A DNA stretch of 64,000 bases. Source: Sediminibacterium sp. (GTDB taxonomy: Bacteria > Bacteroidota > Bacteroidia > Chitinophagales > Chitinophagaceae). Location: positions 746 to 64,745 of the forward strand of contig DAIUEC010000002.1 of the NCBI GenBank assembly GCA_036845345.1, given 5' to 3'. Made by a program: the position numbers and the translations under genes. This document shows, one piece after another, positions 41,518 to 51,562 of the stretch (the first letter of the stretch is position 1; each line of letters begins with the position of its first letter). The notes beneath the pieces were generated by a model. The model was not told where the DNA came from, ran no database searches, and was given only the letters and a program-made list of their open reading frames with translations.

Positions 41518-42162
41518 CTATTTTTTTCTTATTAAAGTAAGTCCATCTCTAATGGTCAAAATGGTTTGTTCTGTTCTTTCGTCATTCAATACATATTCAT
41601 TAAATGCTTGAATAGCTTTTGCACTTTTACCAGCAACTTTTTCTGCTAATACTTCGCCGTGAAATAATACATTATCTACAATTATTAAACCATCTTTATT
41701 TAATGTGGGCAAAACCAAATCATAATATTCATGATAGCCCGTTTTGTCTGCATCTATAAAAATTAAATCCCATTGATAATTTAATGTTGGAATTATTTCT
41801 TTAGCATCACCTTGATGCATTTTTATTTTTGACGCATGTGGGCTTGCCTCAAAATAGGAACTTGCTTTAATGGCATCTGCTGCTCTTAATTCAATGGTAT
41901 GTATCATACCATTTTCCTGTAATCCTTCAGCAAGGCATAAAGTACTAAAACCTGTAAAAGTGCCAATCTCTAAAATATGCGTTGGTCGAACCAGCTTACT
42001 AATAAAACTAAGTAAGCCGCCTTGATGCCAATTGCTTTGCAAATGTGCATGGGGATGCTCGGCAATGGTAGCCTCATACATAGCCTTTAAATAGCTAGGC
42101 GTTGCATTGCTATAAGTTTCAATATATTGGTTGGCAATTGGGTTGATAAACTCCATTTGCAA
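41518..42162 (-). CDS. class I SAM-dependent O-methyltransferase (caffeoyl-CoA OMT family)
   Basis: It has LEIGTFTGFSTL, IFIDADK and VDNVLFHG. Confidence 0.88.
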   Translation of the reverse strand: MQMEFINPIANQYIETYSNATPSYLKAMYEATIAEHPHAHLQSNWHQGGLLSFISKLVRPTHILEIGTFTGFSTLCLAEGLQENGMIHTIELRAADAIKASSYFEASPHASKIKMHQGDAKEIIPTLNYQWDLIFIDADKTGYHEYYDLVLPTLNKDGLIIVDNVLFHGEVLAEKVAGKSAKAIQAFNEYVLNDERTEQTILTIRDGLTLIRKK

Positions 42163-42166
42163 ATGT

Positions 42167-43624
42167 CTAATTTTTTCCTGGATTAGGGGTAGAAATTAGC
42201 CATAATCCTATAAAAGTAATCAGGCCATTGATGATGAGTAATTCTTGACCTATTTGGAAATTACCAAGTAAGGATTTTTGCTGAAGTTCAAGGATATAGC
42301 AAAGTATAGGAGCGAGTACACAAACTATTGCCACCCATTGATGCTTTAAGCTTCTTTTTGTTAAAATACCAAAGGAAAATAGTCCCAATAAAGGACCATA
42401 GGTGTAGGAGGCAATTTTTAAGATAAGGCCAATTACATTATTATCGGTGATGGCTAGTTTGTAAACCATGATGATCATAAAAAAGATAAAGGCAAAACTT
42501 AAATGTACGGTTTGTCTAATTTTCTTTTTCTTTTCATCTGACCAATCATTGTTACGCTGCATGCCAAGTAGATCAATACAAAAACTAGAGGTTAATGCCG
42601 TAATGGCCCCGTCTGCACTAGGAAATAACGCTGAAATTAATGCTAAAATAAAAATGATGGAAAGGTAGGGTGGCATATGATTTAATGCAATGGTTGGGAA
42701 TAAATCATCACCTGTAGCAGTAACATTTTGCTGCGCTGCATATAAATTTAATAAACCGCCTAAAAATAAAAATAACAAAGTTGCAATCACCATACTAAAC
42801 CCAATAGTCACCATATTTTTTTGTGCATCCTTTAATGTTTTAACCGAAATTGTTTTTTGCATCATTTCCTGATCAAGCCCCGTCATGGTAAGGGACACAA
42901 AAGCACCTCCAATAATTTGCTTTAAAAAAAACGACTTACTATTTACATCCATATTAAAAACGGTAGCGAGTCCTTTAGCCTGCATTGCATGTAATCCTTC
43001 TCCAACGGAGAAATGCATATTCGTTAAAATATAGATACTGCAAATAATCAAGCCTAGTATCATTCCTGAGGTTTGTAAAGTGTCGGTATATACAATTGTT
43101 TTTACCCCTCCCTTAAAAGTATATAACAATATCATTGCCAATATAATGAGGGTAGTGGCCCAAAAAGGAATGGATAAATTATCTAAAATAAATACTTGTA
43201 AAATTTTAACTACTAAGAATAAACGTGCCGTTGCTCCAAGTGTACGTGATAAGATAAAAAAAGAAGCACCAGTTTTATAGGCACTAAAGCCTAACCTTGT
43301 TTCGAGATAATTATAAATAGAAGTAAGGTTTAACTTATAATAAATTGGAAGTAATATAAAGGCGATTGCAAAATACCCAATTAAATAACCAAGCGTAATT
43401 TGTAAATAATGAAATGCATCTTTTCCCACTGCGCCAGGAACGCTTACAAAAGTAACCCCACTTAATGATGTGCCAATCATTCCAAAAGCAACTAGCATCC
43501 AATGGCTGTTTTTATTGCCAATAAAAAAGGACATGTTGTTGCTATTTTTGCCAGTTATTTGAGCAACGCCCAATAGCACTAGGAAATAAATTAAGACAAA
43601 AAGAAAAAGTAAAGGAGCACTCAT
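42167..43624 (-). CDS. sodium:solute symporter family transporter
   Basis: It is a polytopic membrane protein with ~13 TM segments and an SSF-like pattern. Confidence 0.8.
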   Translation of the reverse strand: MSAPLLFLFVLIYFLVLLGVAQITGKNSNNMSFFIGNKNSHWMLVAFGMIGTSLSGVTFVSVPGAVGKDAFHYLQITLGYLIGYFAIAFILLPIYYKLNLTSIYNYLETRLGFSAYKTGASFFILSRTLGATARLFLVVKILQVFILDNLSIPFWATTLIILAMILLYTFKGGVKTIVYTDTLQTSGMILGLIICSIYILTNMHFSVGEGLHAMQAKGLATVFNMDVNSKSFFLKQIIGGAFVSLTMTGLDQEMMQKTISVKTLKDAQKNMVTIGFSMVIATLLFLFLGGLLNLYAAQQNVTATGDDLFPTIALNHMPPYLSIIFILALISALFPSADGAITALTSSFCIDLLGMQRNNDWSDEKKKKIRQTVHLSFAFIFFMIIMVYKLAITDNNVIGLILKIASYTYGPLLGLFSFGILTKRSLKHQWVAIVCVLAPILCYILELQQKSLLGNFQIGQELLIINGLITFIGLWLISTPNPGKN

Positions 43625-43712
43625 TGTTTATTAAATTAGTAATGGCAAAGTAATAACAAACTTTCAATTTTTTGGTTAAATTGTGTGACTCTTTCAATTA
43701 TAAATAAATACA

Positions 43713-44252
43713 ATGAAAATTGCGGCAGTAACTGTTTTTTGTGGTTCTAAGCCAGGTAATGATCCTGCATTTGTTAGCACTGCTGACAATTTGGGCAAAT
43801 TGTTGGCTGAAAAAGGAGTTACAATTATATACGGAGGTGGTAATAAGGGTATCATGGGCACCATTGCCAATGCAAGTTTAGGTGCAGGTGGTAAAGTGAT
43901 TGGAATTATTCCTAAAATTTTAATAGAATGGGAGGCTCAACATACAGGGCTTACTGAATTAATTGTAACAGATTCAATGCACTCCAGAAAATTGCTTTTA
44001 TACGACAAATGTGATGCAGCAATTATTTTGCCAGGAGGAATGGGTACGATGGATGAATTGTTTGAGATGCTTACTTGGAACAATCTAGGCATTCATGAAA
44101 AGAAAGTATTTGTATTAAATACAAATGGATATTACAATGCACTCATCCAATTATTAGACACCATGGATCAGCAAGGTTTTATGTATCAAAATTGGAGAAG
44201 CAGATTAATTGTTTGCGATACCGTTGCAAATATTATAGATGCTTTGAACTAG
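43713..44252 (+). CDS. LOG family protein (TIGR00730-type nucleotide 5'-monophosphate nucleosidase)
   Basis: It has GGGNKGIMG and PGGMGTMDELFE. Confidence 0.9.
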   Translation: MKIAAVTVFCGSKPGNDPAFVSTADNLGKLLAEKGVTIIYGGGNKGIMGTIANASLGAGGKVIGIIPKILIEWEAQHTGLTELIVTDSMHSRKLLLYDKCDAAIILPGGMGTMDELFEMLTWNNLGIHEKKVFVLNTNGYYNALIQLLDTMDQQGFMYQNWRSRLIVCDTVANIIDALN

Positions 44253-44844
44253 GCAAGTGGATGGGAAACCCAAAACCTGCTCTAAAAATAGGCTGAGCAG
44301 TTAATTGTCCCATTCTATATGGTGATTTAGGATCGTCCACTAAATCATACATGATGGAAAAATAAGAGAATCCATTTTCTGATCGATGTCCATATCCAAT
44401 ACCTGCTAAAAAACTAGGAGCACTAACACTTGAGCTACCTGATGTACCTTGAGAAAAGTTTTTAGCATTAGTGAATGTCCAATTATATTCTGGTTGAACT
44501 TGTACAAAAAACTGCTCCAATGGCCATGCTCTTACAAATGCACCCATACCAAATTGTGTATTAGTTGATTTATAAGAATCTCCAGTAACAAGTGAGGTAG
44601 AATGGTAGTTTGAATAATATAAATTCATGGCTGCGCCAAGATCAATATGTTCATTATAGCTTTTTACTAATTCAGGGTTCAATCCTAATTGAAAGGATCC
44701 AGGACCACCTCCTAATACAATGCCTCCTCCGAAATACGTTGGCTTAGCAATTAAATTATTGTTGGTAATTATTGTTTTCTCTTGTGCATTACAAAGGATA
44801 ACAGAAAAAGTTAATGTAAAAATGAAAAGTAATTTTAAATGCAT
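44233..44844 (-). CDS. hypothetical outer-membrane beta-barrel-like protein
   Basis: It has a signal peptide and alternating aromatic and Gly-rich beta-strand patterns. Its 3' end overlaps the convergent LOG gene by 20 nt. Confidence 0.55.
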   Translation of the reverse strand: MHLKLLFIFTLTFSVILCNAQEKTIITNNNLIAKPTYFGGGIVLGGGPGSFQLGLNPELVKSYNEHIDLGAAMNLYYSNYHSTSLVTGDSYKSTNTQFGMGAFVRAWPLEQFFVQVQPEYNWTFTNAKNFSQGTSGSSSVSAPSFLAGIGYGHRSENGFSYFSIMYDLVDDPKSPYRMGQLTAQPIFRAGFGFPIHLPSSKHL

Positions 44845-44859
44845 AGATTTTTTTTTTGG

Positions 44860-46263
44860 TTAGTTGGTATCAAAAATTTTACCAGGGTTTAAAATATGAT
44901 TAGGGTCAAATGTTTTTTTGATGCCTTTCATTAACTCAAGCGTAACATTGTCAAACATAACGGGCATATATGATTTTTGAATTAAACCTATTCCATGTTC
45001 CCCACTTATGGTGCCGCCTAATGCTTTAACGATTTGAAATAAAGCAGTTAGTATGGATTTCATCTCCTCACTTTCGAAACTTTTTTTAATGGTAGGGTGG
45101 TTAATTCTTATATGCAAATTTCCATCACCCGCATGACCATAACATACTACTTTAAATCCATGCTGTACTCCTAGTTCTTTAACCCCTTTTATTAATTTAG
45201 GAAGTTCTGCCCTTGGAACTACAGTATCTTCTTCAATCGTATAACCTGCTAACACAGAAGCTTCATTCGCTTTTCTTCTGATTTTCCAAAGTTCATTTTT
45301 TTGTTGTGCATCATCCGCGAAGTATAATTCACCTACTTCATAATTAGACAATACTTCAGCGATAGCTTCCATTTCACTCATCAACAAGTCTAAGTTATTA
45401 CCATCTACTTCAATAATTAAATGAGCCGCTAAATTATCAGTAATAGAGATAGCCGTGCTTTCACACATTGCAGAAGCTAATTTTATAGATTCTATTTCCA
45501 TCAATTCCATGGCGCTTGGTGTAATGCCTGCTCTAAAAATAGCACTCACAGCTTCACTTGCTTTTTCTAAACTATTAAAAGGAGCCAACATTAATAAATC
45601 ATGCTTGGGGTGGGGGATAAGTCTTAAGACAATCTTAGTTACAATTCCTAAAGTACCCTCACTTCCAACGATAAGTTGTGTAATATTATATCCAGTTGCA
45701 TTTTTCAACACATTCGACCCTGTCCAAATAATTTCACCATTAGGCAAAACCACTTCAAGGTTTAAAACATAATCTTTTACAACTCCGTATTTAACGGCTT
45801 TTGGTCCACCTGAGTTTTCAGAAATATTCCCGCCAATAAAACAGCTTCCTTTACTTGCAGGATCAGGAGGATAAAACAATCCTTTTTCTTTTACTTCATT
45901 TTGTAAAACTTCGGTAATAACACCAGGCTCAGTAGTTACTTGTAAATTTCTTTCATCAATTTCTAAAATTCGATTGAATTTTTCCATTGAAATTACGAGC
46001 CCTCCTAAATGAGGAAGCGCGCCGCCGGTTAATCCTGTGCCGGCACCTCTTGGGGTAACAGGTATTAAATATTCATTACAAATTTTTAGTAAAGCACTTA
46101 TTTGTTCGGGAGTGTAGGGGGTAACAATAACTTCAGGTAAATAAATTAAATTTTCAGTTTCATCTTTACCATATTTTTCAATATGTTCTTTGTCGGTAAA
46201 GATGTTTGGACTGCCCACAATAGCTTCAAATTGTGCTAATAAAGCTGCAGTAATTTTGTTCAT
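44860..46263 (-). CDS. FAD-binding oxidase (GlcD / D-lactate dehydrogenase-like)
   Basis: It has a PCMH-type FAD-binding domain (PRGAGTGLTGG) and a C-terminal GEHGIG. Confidence 0.9.
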   Translation of the reverse strand: MNKITAALLAQFEAIVGSPNIFTDKEHIEKYGKDETENLIYLPEVIVTPYTPEQISALLKICNEYLIPVTPRGAGTGLTGGALPHLGGLVISMEKFNRILEIDERNLQVTTEPGVITEVLQNEVKEKGLFYPPDPASKGSCFIGGNISENSGGPKAVKYGVVKDYVLNLEVVLPNGEIIWTGSNVLKNATGYNITQLIVGSEGTLGIVTKIVLRLIPHPKHDLLMLAPFNSLEKASEAVSAIFRAGITPSAMELMEIESIKLASAMCESTAISITDNLAAHLIIEVDGNNLDLLMSEMEAIAEVLSNYEVGELYFADDAQQKNELWKIRRKANEASVLAGYTIEEDTVVPRAELPKLIKGVKELGVQHGFKVVCYGHAGDGNLHIRINHPTIKKSFESEEMKSILTALFQIVKALGGTISGEHGIGLIQKSYMPVMFDNVTLELMKGIKKTFDPNHILNPGKIFDTN

Positions 46264-46286
46264 ACCTTAAAATTTAATTGATCACA

Positions 46287-46925
46287 CTAAAATAAGCCAT
46301 ACAACATGCCATCCACTTTGCTGATAATTTCACCAAAGTCTTCCTCGTTCTCACCGAATTTATTTTTATCACAATCAATTATTAATAATGGACCTTCTTT
46401 GTAGCCTTCAATCCATTTATTATAGTATTCATTTAATTTCTTCAAATAATCCAAGCGAATATTCTCTTCATATTCTCTACCTCTTTTTTGAATTTGAGAA
46501 ACAAGGGTAGGAACAGATGCTTTTAAGTATATTAATAAGTCTGGAGGTTGTACCATGCTTTTGATAGTGCTAAAAAAACCAAAATAGTTATCAAAATCAC
46601 GCTTACTCATCAAACCCATTTCATGAAGGTTAGGCGCAAATATATTTGCATCTTCATAAATAGTACGGTCTTGGATAATGGTCTCAGTACCTCTTTGAAT
46701 GTCCAAGATTTGATTTAAACGACCATGCAAAAAGTAAATTTGCAAGTTAAAACTCCAACGAGGCATATCGTCGTAAAAGTCAGTCAAATAAGGGTTATGA
46801 TCCACATCTTCAAATTGTGGAATCCAGCGATAATGCTTGCTTAACATTTCGGTTAAGGTAGTTTTACCTGCGCCAATGTTTCCTGCGATTGCTACGTGTT
46901 TTGGTTTTTTAGTCGCTTTTGCCAT
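46287..46925 (-). CDS. deoxynucleoside kinase
   Basis: It has the P-loop GNIGAGKTT and the ERSIY-like motif QDRTIYED. Confidence 0.9.
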   Translation of the reverse strand: MAKATKKPKHVAIAGNIGAGKTTLTEMLSKHYRWIPQFEDVDHNPYLTDFYDDMPRWSFNLQIYFLHGRLNQILDIQRGTETIIQDRTIYEDANIFAPNLHEMGLMSKRDFDNYFGFFSTIKSMVQPPDLLIYLKASVPTLVSQIQKRGREYEENIRLDYLKKLNEYYNKWIEGYKEGPLLIIDCDKNKFGENEEDFGEIISKVDGMLYGLF

Positions 46926-46956
46926 AATCTTATTGATGTAGTTGAAAAAGTATTTT

Positions 46957-47967
46957 TTAATAATTCATGCCAACAGCCTTGCGGACATTGGTTAAAGTTG
47001 CAGATGCACTTGCTCTTGCTTTGTCTGCTCCTCGATGAATTATTTTTAAAAGTAAATCTTTGTTGTTTTGTAAGTCGGCTGCTTTTGTACGAATTGGATT
47101 TATGAAATTAACCATGTCCTCCGCTAACTGCTTTTTCATATCCCCATATCTAATGATGCAATTGCCTTCGGAACTGTTATTAAAATCCTCATCGAATTTT
47201 TTTACAGTATCTGGAGTGCTTACTAAACTCATTAAAGTAAATAAGTTTTGAATGTAGTCAGGCTTCACAGAATTAGGCGTCAAAGGACCTTGATCGGTTT
47301 TAGCTTTCATTACTTTCTTGCGAATTAAATCATCCTCGTCAGCTAAAAACAAAGTGGTCATTTGATTCTCGCTCTTGCTCATTTTGCCATTCCCATCTAA
47401 GCCCATAATTTTAACCAATTCACTATTATAGTTGAATGCATATGGAAGTGGGAAAGTCTCGCCATAACGATGATTAAATCGCTCTGCAAAGTTGCGCGCC
47501 ATTTCTAAATTTTGTTCCTGGTCTTTTCCAACTGGAACTTTAACAGCACGGTGAATTAAAATGTCAGCTGCTTGTAAAACAGGATAAGTCAACAAACCTG
47601 CATTTACATTTTCGGGTTGCATACGTACTTTGTCTTTAAAAGTGGTTGTTTTTTCTAACTCGCCTTTATAAGCCAACATATTTAAATACAAATACAATTC
47701 TGCAATTTCAGGAACATCACTTTGAACATACAAGGATACTTTTTCAGGATCCAATCCGCAAGCAATATTTTCAGCAACCACTCTTAAAACACTTTCTTGT
47801 AAAGTTTTGGTGTCAGGGTGGGTGGTAAGGCTATGCCAATTCGCAACAAAAAAATAACAATTATACTCGTCTTGCATACGCACATAATTGCGCATTGCAC
47901 CAAAATAATTCCCCAAATGTAAGAAGCCGGTAGGGCGGATTCCACTTAATACAATTTCCTTTTCCAT
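46957..47967 (-). CDS. trpS: tryptophan--tRNA ligase
   Basis: It has the HIGH-like motif TGFLHLGNY and KMSKS. I prefer the ATG at 47967 (MEKEIVLSG) to the one at 47991. Confidence 0.95.
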   Translation of the reverse strand: MEKEIVLSGIRPTGFLHLGNYFGAMRNYVRMQDEYNCYFFVANWHSLTTHPDTKTLQESVLRVVAENIACGLDPEKVSLYVQSDVPEIAELYLYLNMLAYKGELEKTTTFKDKVRMQPENVNAGLLTYPVLQAADILIHRAVKVPVGKDQEQNLEMARNFAERFNHRYGETFPLPYAFNYNSELVKIMGLDGNGKMSKSENQMTTLFLADEDDLIRKKVMKAKTDQGPLTPNSVKPDYIQNLFTLMSLVSTPDTVKKFDEDFNNSSEGNCIIRYGDMKKQLAEDMVNFINPIRTKAADLQNNKDLLLKIIHRGADKARASASATLTNVRKAVGMNY

Positions 47968-48002
47968 AGCTGTGCGAAGATAATGAAACAAGACCCCATT
48001 TT

Positions 48003-50150
48003 TTGCTATCTTTTTGGGATATTTGCTATGAATTCAAAAAAAATAGTTTGAGCCAAGCCACTCTTTTGCAAAGCCCCATCGAATACCTTAAAGGCGTAGG
48101 CCCTTTGAGGGCAGATATGCTTAAAAAAGAGCTGAATTTGTACACTTTTGGCGATTTATTGCACCATTTTCCGAATCGACATATTGATAAGACCCAGGTG
48201 ACCCCGCTTGGTCAGGTGACACCCGATATGGACTTTGTGCAGGTGAGAGGGGTGCTTCAGGGCATAGATATTATTGGAGAGAAGCGTTCTAAACGGATGG
48301 TAAGTCAGTTAAAAGACGCTACAGGACAGATTGAATTGGCCTGGTTTCAGGGTATTAACTGGGTGCAAAAAAATATAGAACCTGGGCAGGCTTACTTGGT
48401 ATTTGGAAGGGTAAGTTTTTTTAACGGTCGTGCTCAAATTGTGCATCCAGAAATTGAACCTTATGTTCCACAACAGGCTTCCCAAAAAGCATTGTTGGAA
48501 CCTGTATATCCATCCACCGAAAAATTAAAATCACGTGGGTTAAATGGGAAGCAAATTGGCAAATTAACACAGGGATTGTTTTTACAAATTAGTGAAAGAG
48601 ATTTGCCCGAAAATTTACCTGCACATTTATTGGAGGGGAGAATGGGTAGATGGGAAGCGTATCGCCAAATTCATTTTCCTACTTCTCAAGAGCAATATAA
48701 GAAAGCCTTGTCCAGATTGGTTTTCGAAGAATTATTTCTTGCACAAGTAAGATTGAATTTAATTAAAATTGATCGTCATAAAAATAGTAAAGGGCATCAT
48801 TTTGAAAAAGTAGGCGAATATTTTAATACTTTTTATAATGAGCATTTACCCTTTCAATTAACAGGAGCGCAAAAAAGAGTCATTAAAGAAATTAGACAGG
48901 ATACTGCACGCGGTTTTCAAATGAATCGTTTGTTGCAAGGAGATGTAGGAAGTGGTAAAACCATGATAGCACTACTTTCCATGTTAATTGCTGCTGACAA
49001 TGGTTATCAAAGTTGTATGATGGCACCTACCGAAATTTTAGCACAACAACACTATGCTAGTTTAAGTGAATTATTACAAGACATGCCATTAGAAGTGGCA
49101 TTGTTAACGGGTAGTACCAAAACGGCGGAACGTCGTAGAATTTTACAAGGATTAATGGACGACACCATTCATTTTGTGGTTGGGACACATGCCATTATTG
49201 AAGAAGTAGTACAGTTTAAAAATTTAGGATTAGCAGTAATAGATGAGCAACATCGATTTGGAGTAGCACAACGCGCACAGCTTTGGAAAAAATCAAAAGT
49301 GCCTCCACATGTTTTGGTAATGACTGCGACTCCAATTCCTAGAACCCTTGCCATGACTGCGTTTGGTGACTTGGATTATAGTGTTATGGATGAACTTCCG
49401 CCAGGTAGACAGCCTATTAAAACGGTACATCGTTATGAAACATCACGTGCAAGTGTGATGGATTTTGTAAAGACAGAAATTACAAAAGGCAGGCAAGCTT
49501 ACTATGTATATCCATTGATTGAAGAGAGTGAAAAAATGAGTTACGAGGATTTAATGCAAGGATATGAACAAGTAAAAAGTTTTTTCCCAGAACCTAAATA
49601 CAAAATTAGTATGGTGCATGGGAAGCAAAAAAATATGGAGAAGGAAACCAATATGCAAAGATTTGTTTCTGGAGACACGCAAATACTAGTGGGTACTACC
49701 GTAATTGAAGTAGGGGTGAATGTACCTAATGCAAGTGTAATGGTGATTGAGAGTGCCGAAAAATTCGGATTGTCTCAGCTGCATCAGCTAAGAGGCCGTG
49801 TGGGTAGAGGTTCTGAGCAGAGCTATTGTATTTTACTAAGTAGTGTAAAAGCAAGCAGAGAAGCGAAAAATCGTTTAAAAATAATGTGTGATACCAATGA
49901 CGGCTTTGTAATTGCTGAAAAGGATTTAGAATTAAGAGGCCCTGGAGATATTGATGGCACTAGACAAAGTGGCGCACTAAATTTTAGATTGGCAAATATT
50001 ATCAATGATCGACAAGCTTTAGAAGAGGCCAAAAATGAGGCTTATACGATATGTGAAAAAGATCCAACATTGAGTCATCCGGAAAATTTACCATTAAGAG
50101 CATTTTTACAAGCACAAAAGACTAAAATTGGTTGGGGTAAAATTGCATAA
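48003..50150 (+). CDS. recG: ATP-dependent DNA helicase RecG (start codon uncertain: TTG 48003, TTG 48048, or ATG 48028 plus a -1 shift)
   Basis: It has IEYLKGVGP, a wedge domain, GDVGSGKT and DEQHRFG helicase motifs. No in-frame ATG lies upstream of the conserved N-terminus. Confidence 0.93.
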   Translation: MLSFWDICYEFKKNSLSQATLLQSPIEYLKGVGPLRADMLKKELNLYTFGDLLHHFPNRHIDKTQVTPLGQVTPDMDFVQVRGVLQGIDIIGEKRSKRMVSQLKDATGQIELAWFQGINWVQKNIEPGQAYLVFGRVSFFNGRAQIVHPEIEPYVPQQASQKALLEPVYPSTEKLKSRGLNGKQIGKLTQGLFLQISERDLPENLPAHLLEGRMGRWEAYRQIHFPTSQEQYKKALSRLVFEELFLAQVRLNLIKIDRHKNSKGHHFEKVGEYFNTFYNEHLPFQLTGAQKRVIKEIRQDTARGFQMNRLLQGDVGSGKTMIALLSMLIAADNGYQSCMMAPTEILAQQHYASLSELLQDMPLEVALLTGSTKTAERRRILQGLMDDTIHFVVGTHAIIEEVVQFKNLGLAVIDEQHRFGVAQRAQLWKKSKVPPHVLVMTATPIPRTLAMTAFGDLDYSVMDELPPGRQPIKTVHRYETSRASVMDFVKTEITKGRQAYYVYPLIEESEKMSYEDLMQGYEQVKSFFPEPKYKISMVHGKQKNMEKETNMQRFVSGDTQILVGTTVIEVGVNVPNASVMVIESAEKFGLSQLHQLRGRVGRGSEQSYCILLSSVKASREAKNRLKIMCDTNDGFVIAEKDLELRGPGDIDGTRQSGALNFRLANIINDRQALEEAKNEAYTICEKDPTLSHPENLPLRAFLQAQKTKIGWGKIA

Positions 50151-50227
50151 ATCACTTGTTTTTTTAAGTATCTTGCACACAGGTCAGTAAATTCAATTGT
50201 TGGCTCAATTTTAATAAATAAATTACT

Positions 50228-51541
50228 ATGAAATATTTACCATTAGATCCTAAAATATTTATTCAAAATCGCGCGCGTTTTGTTTCTAAAATGCAAAAAA
50301 ATAGCATTGCTATTTTTGTAAGTAATGATGAATTTCCTTCTAATGGAGATGCTTTACATGAGTTTAAACAAAACAGTGATTTGTTTTGGCTTTCAGGTAT
50401 TGAACAGGAAGGAACGATGGTTGTATTATTTCCAGACAATCCTGATCCTAAATACAGAGAAGTTTTGGTATTGGTTCGTCCACAAGAACTAAAAGAAATT
50501 TGGGATGGCAAAAGATTAAGAGCGCATGAGGCGACTACTATTTCGGGAATGACTACCATTGTTTGGGAAGACGTGTTAGATGGTATGTTGCAACAGTGGA
50601 TTCATTTGGCCGATGCTATTTATTTAGACTCCAATGAAAATGACCGTAAAAATAATTTAGTACGCACTGCAGAATATAGATTCATTGATGAAATGAAATC
50701 AAGATATCCATTGCATCAATATTTACGCGCAGCAAAAATATTAAAAGACCTTAGAGGTATTAAAACCAAAGAGGAAGTTGTAGTAATTCAAAAAGCAGTT
50801 GATATTACGGAAGTAGCATTTCGAAGATTATTGCAATTCATTAAACCAGGTGTTTTTGAGTACGAAATTGAAGCTGAAATTTATCATTCTTTCTTGAGTC
50901 AAAGGGCTACAGGCACTGCTTATCATAGTATTTTAGCAAGTGGTGACAATGCTAGAACATTGCATTATACAAGCAACAATAATCAGTGTAAGGATGGGGA
51001 ATTAATCTTGATGGATTTTGGTGCTGCATATGGAGGTTACAATGCAGACTTAACAAGAACAGTTCCTGTAAATGGGAAATTCACTAAGCGTCAAAAGGAA
51101 GTGTATAATGCTTGTTTACATTTACATGATTTTGCAAAATCCATTTTAAAGCCAGGTATTAGTATTTTGAAATATACCGATAAAGTAGGCGAGGAAGCAA
51201 CAAAACAATTTTTGAAAATTGGATTGTTGTCAAAAGCAGATGTAAAGAATGAGGATAAAAACAATCCTGCTTATCGCAAATATTTATACCATGGCATATC
51301 ACATCATTTAGGAATTGATGTACATGATTTAGGAACAAGAACGGCTCCAATTCAAGCGGGTATGGTGTTTACTGTGGAGCCTGGTATTTATATTAAAGAA
51401 GAAGGAATGGGAGTACGCATTGAAAACAATGTTTGGATTACTAAAACTGGCAATCAAGATTTATTTAAAAACATTCCAATTAAAGCGGATGAAATTGAGG
51501 CTTTAATGCGTCGAAAAAATAAGAAACAGCGCCTTGGATAA
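50228..51541 (+). CDS. pepP: Xaa-Pro aminopeptidase (M24B)
   Basis: It has HGISHHLGIDVHD and VEPGIY. Confidence 0.92.
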   Translation: MKYLPLDPKIFIQNRARFVSKMQKNSIAIFVSNDEFPSNGDALHEFKQNSDLFWLSGIEQEGTMVVLFPDNPDPKYREVLVLVRPQELKEIWDGKRLRAHEATTISGMTTIVWEDVLDGMLQQWIHLADAIYLDSNENDRKNNLVRTAEYRFIDEMKSRYPLHQYLRAAKILKDLRGIKTKEEVVVIQKAVDITEVAFRRLLQFIKPGVFEYEIEAEIYHSFLSQRATGTAYHSILASGDNARTLHYTSNNNQCKDGELILMDFGAAYGGYNADLTRTVPVNGKFTKRQKEVYNACLHLHDFAKSILKPGISILKYTDKVGEEATKQFLKIGLLSKADVKNEDKNNPAYRKYLYHGISHHLGIDVHDLGTRTAPIQAGMVFTVEPGIYIKEEGMGVRIENNVWITKTGNQDLFKNIPIKADEIEALMRRKNKKQRLG

Positions 51542-51562
51542 AGACGTTTAAAGAATTAATAA

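Noticed and set aside
44233-44252. The 20-nt 3' overlap of the convergent LOG and outer-membrane protein genes might indicate antisense regulation.
   Set aside because: Short convergent overlaps are common, and the OMP C-terminus is itself uncertain. No further signal supports a regulatory role.
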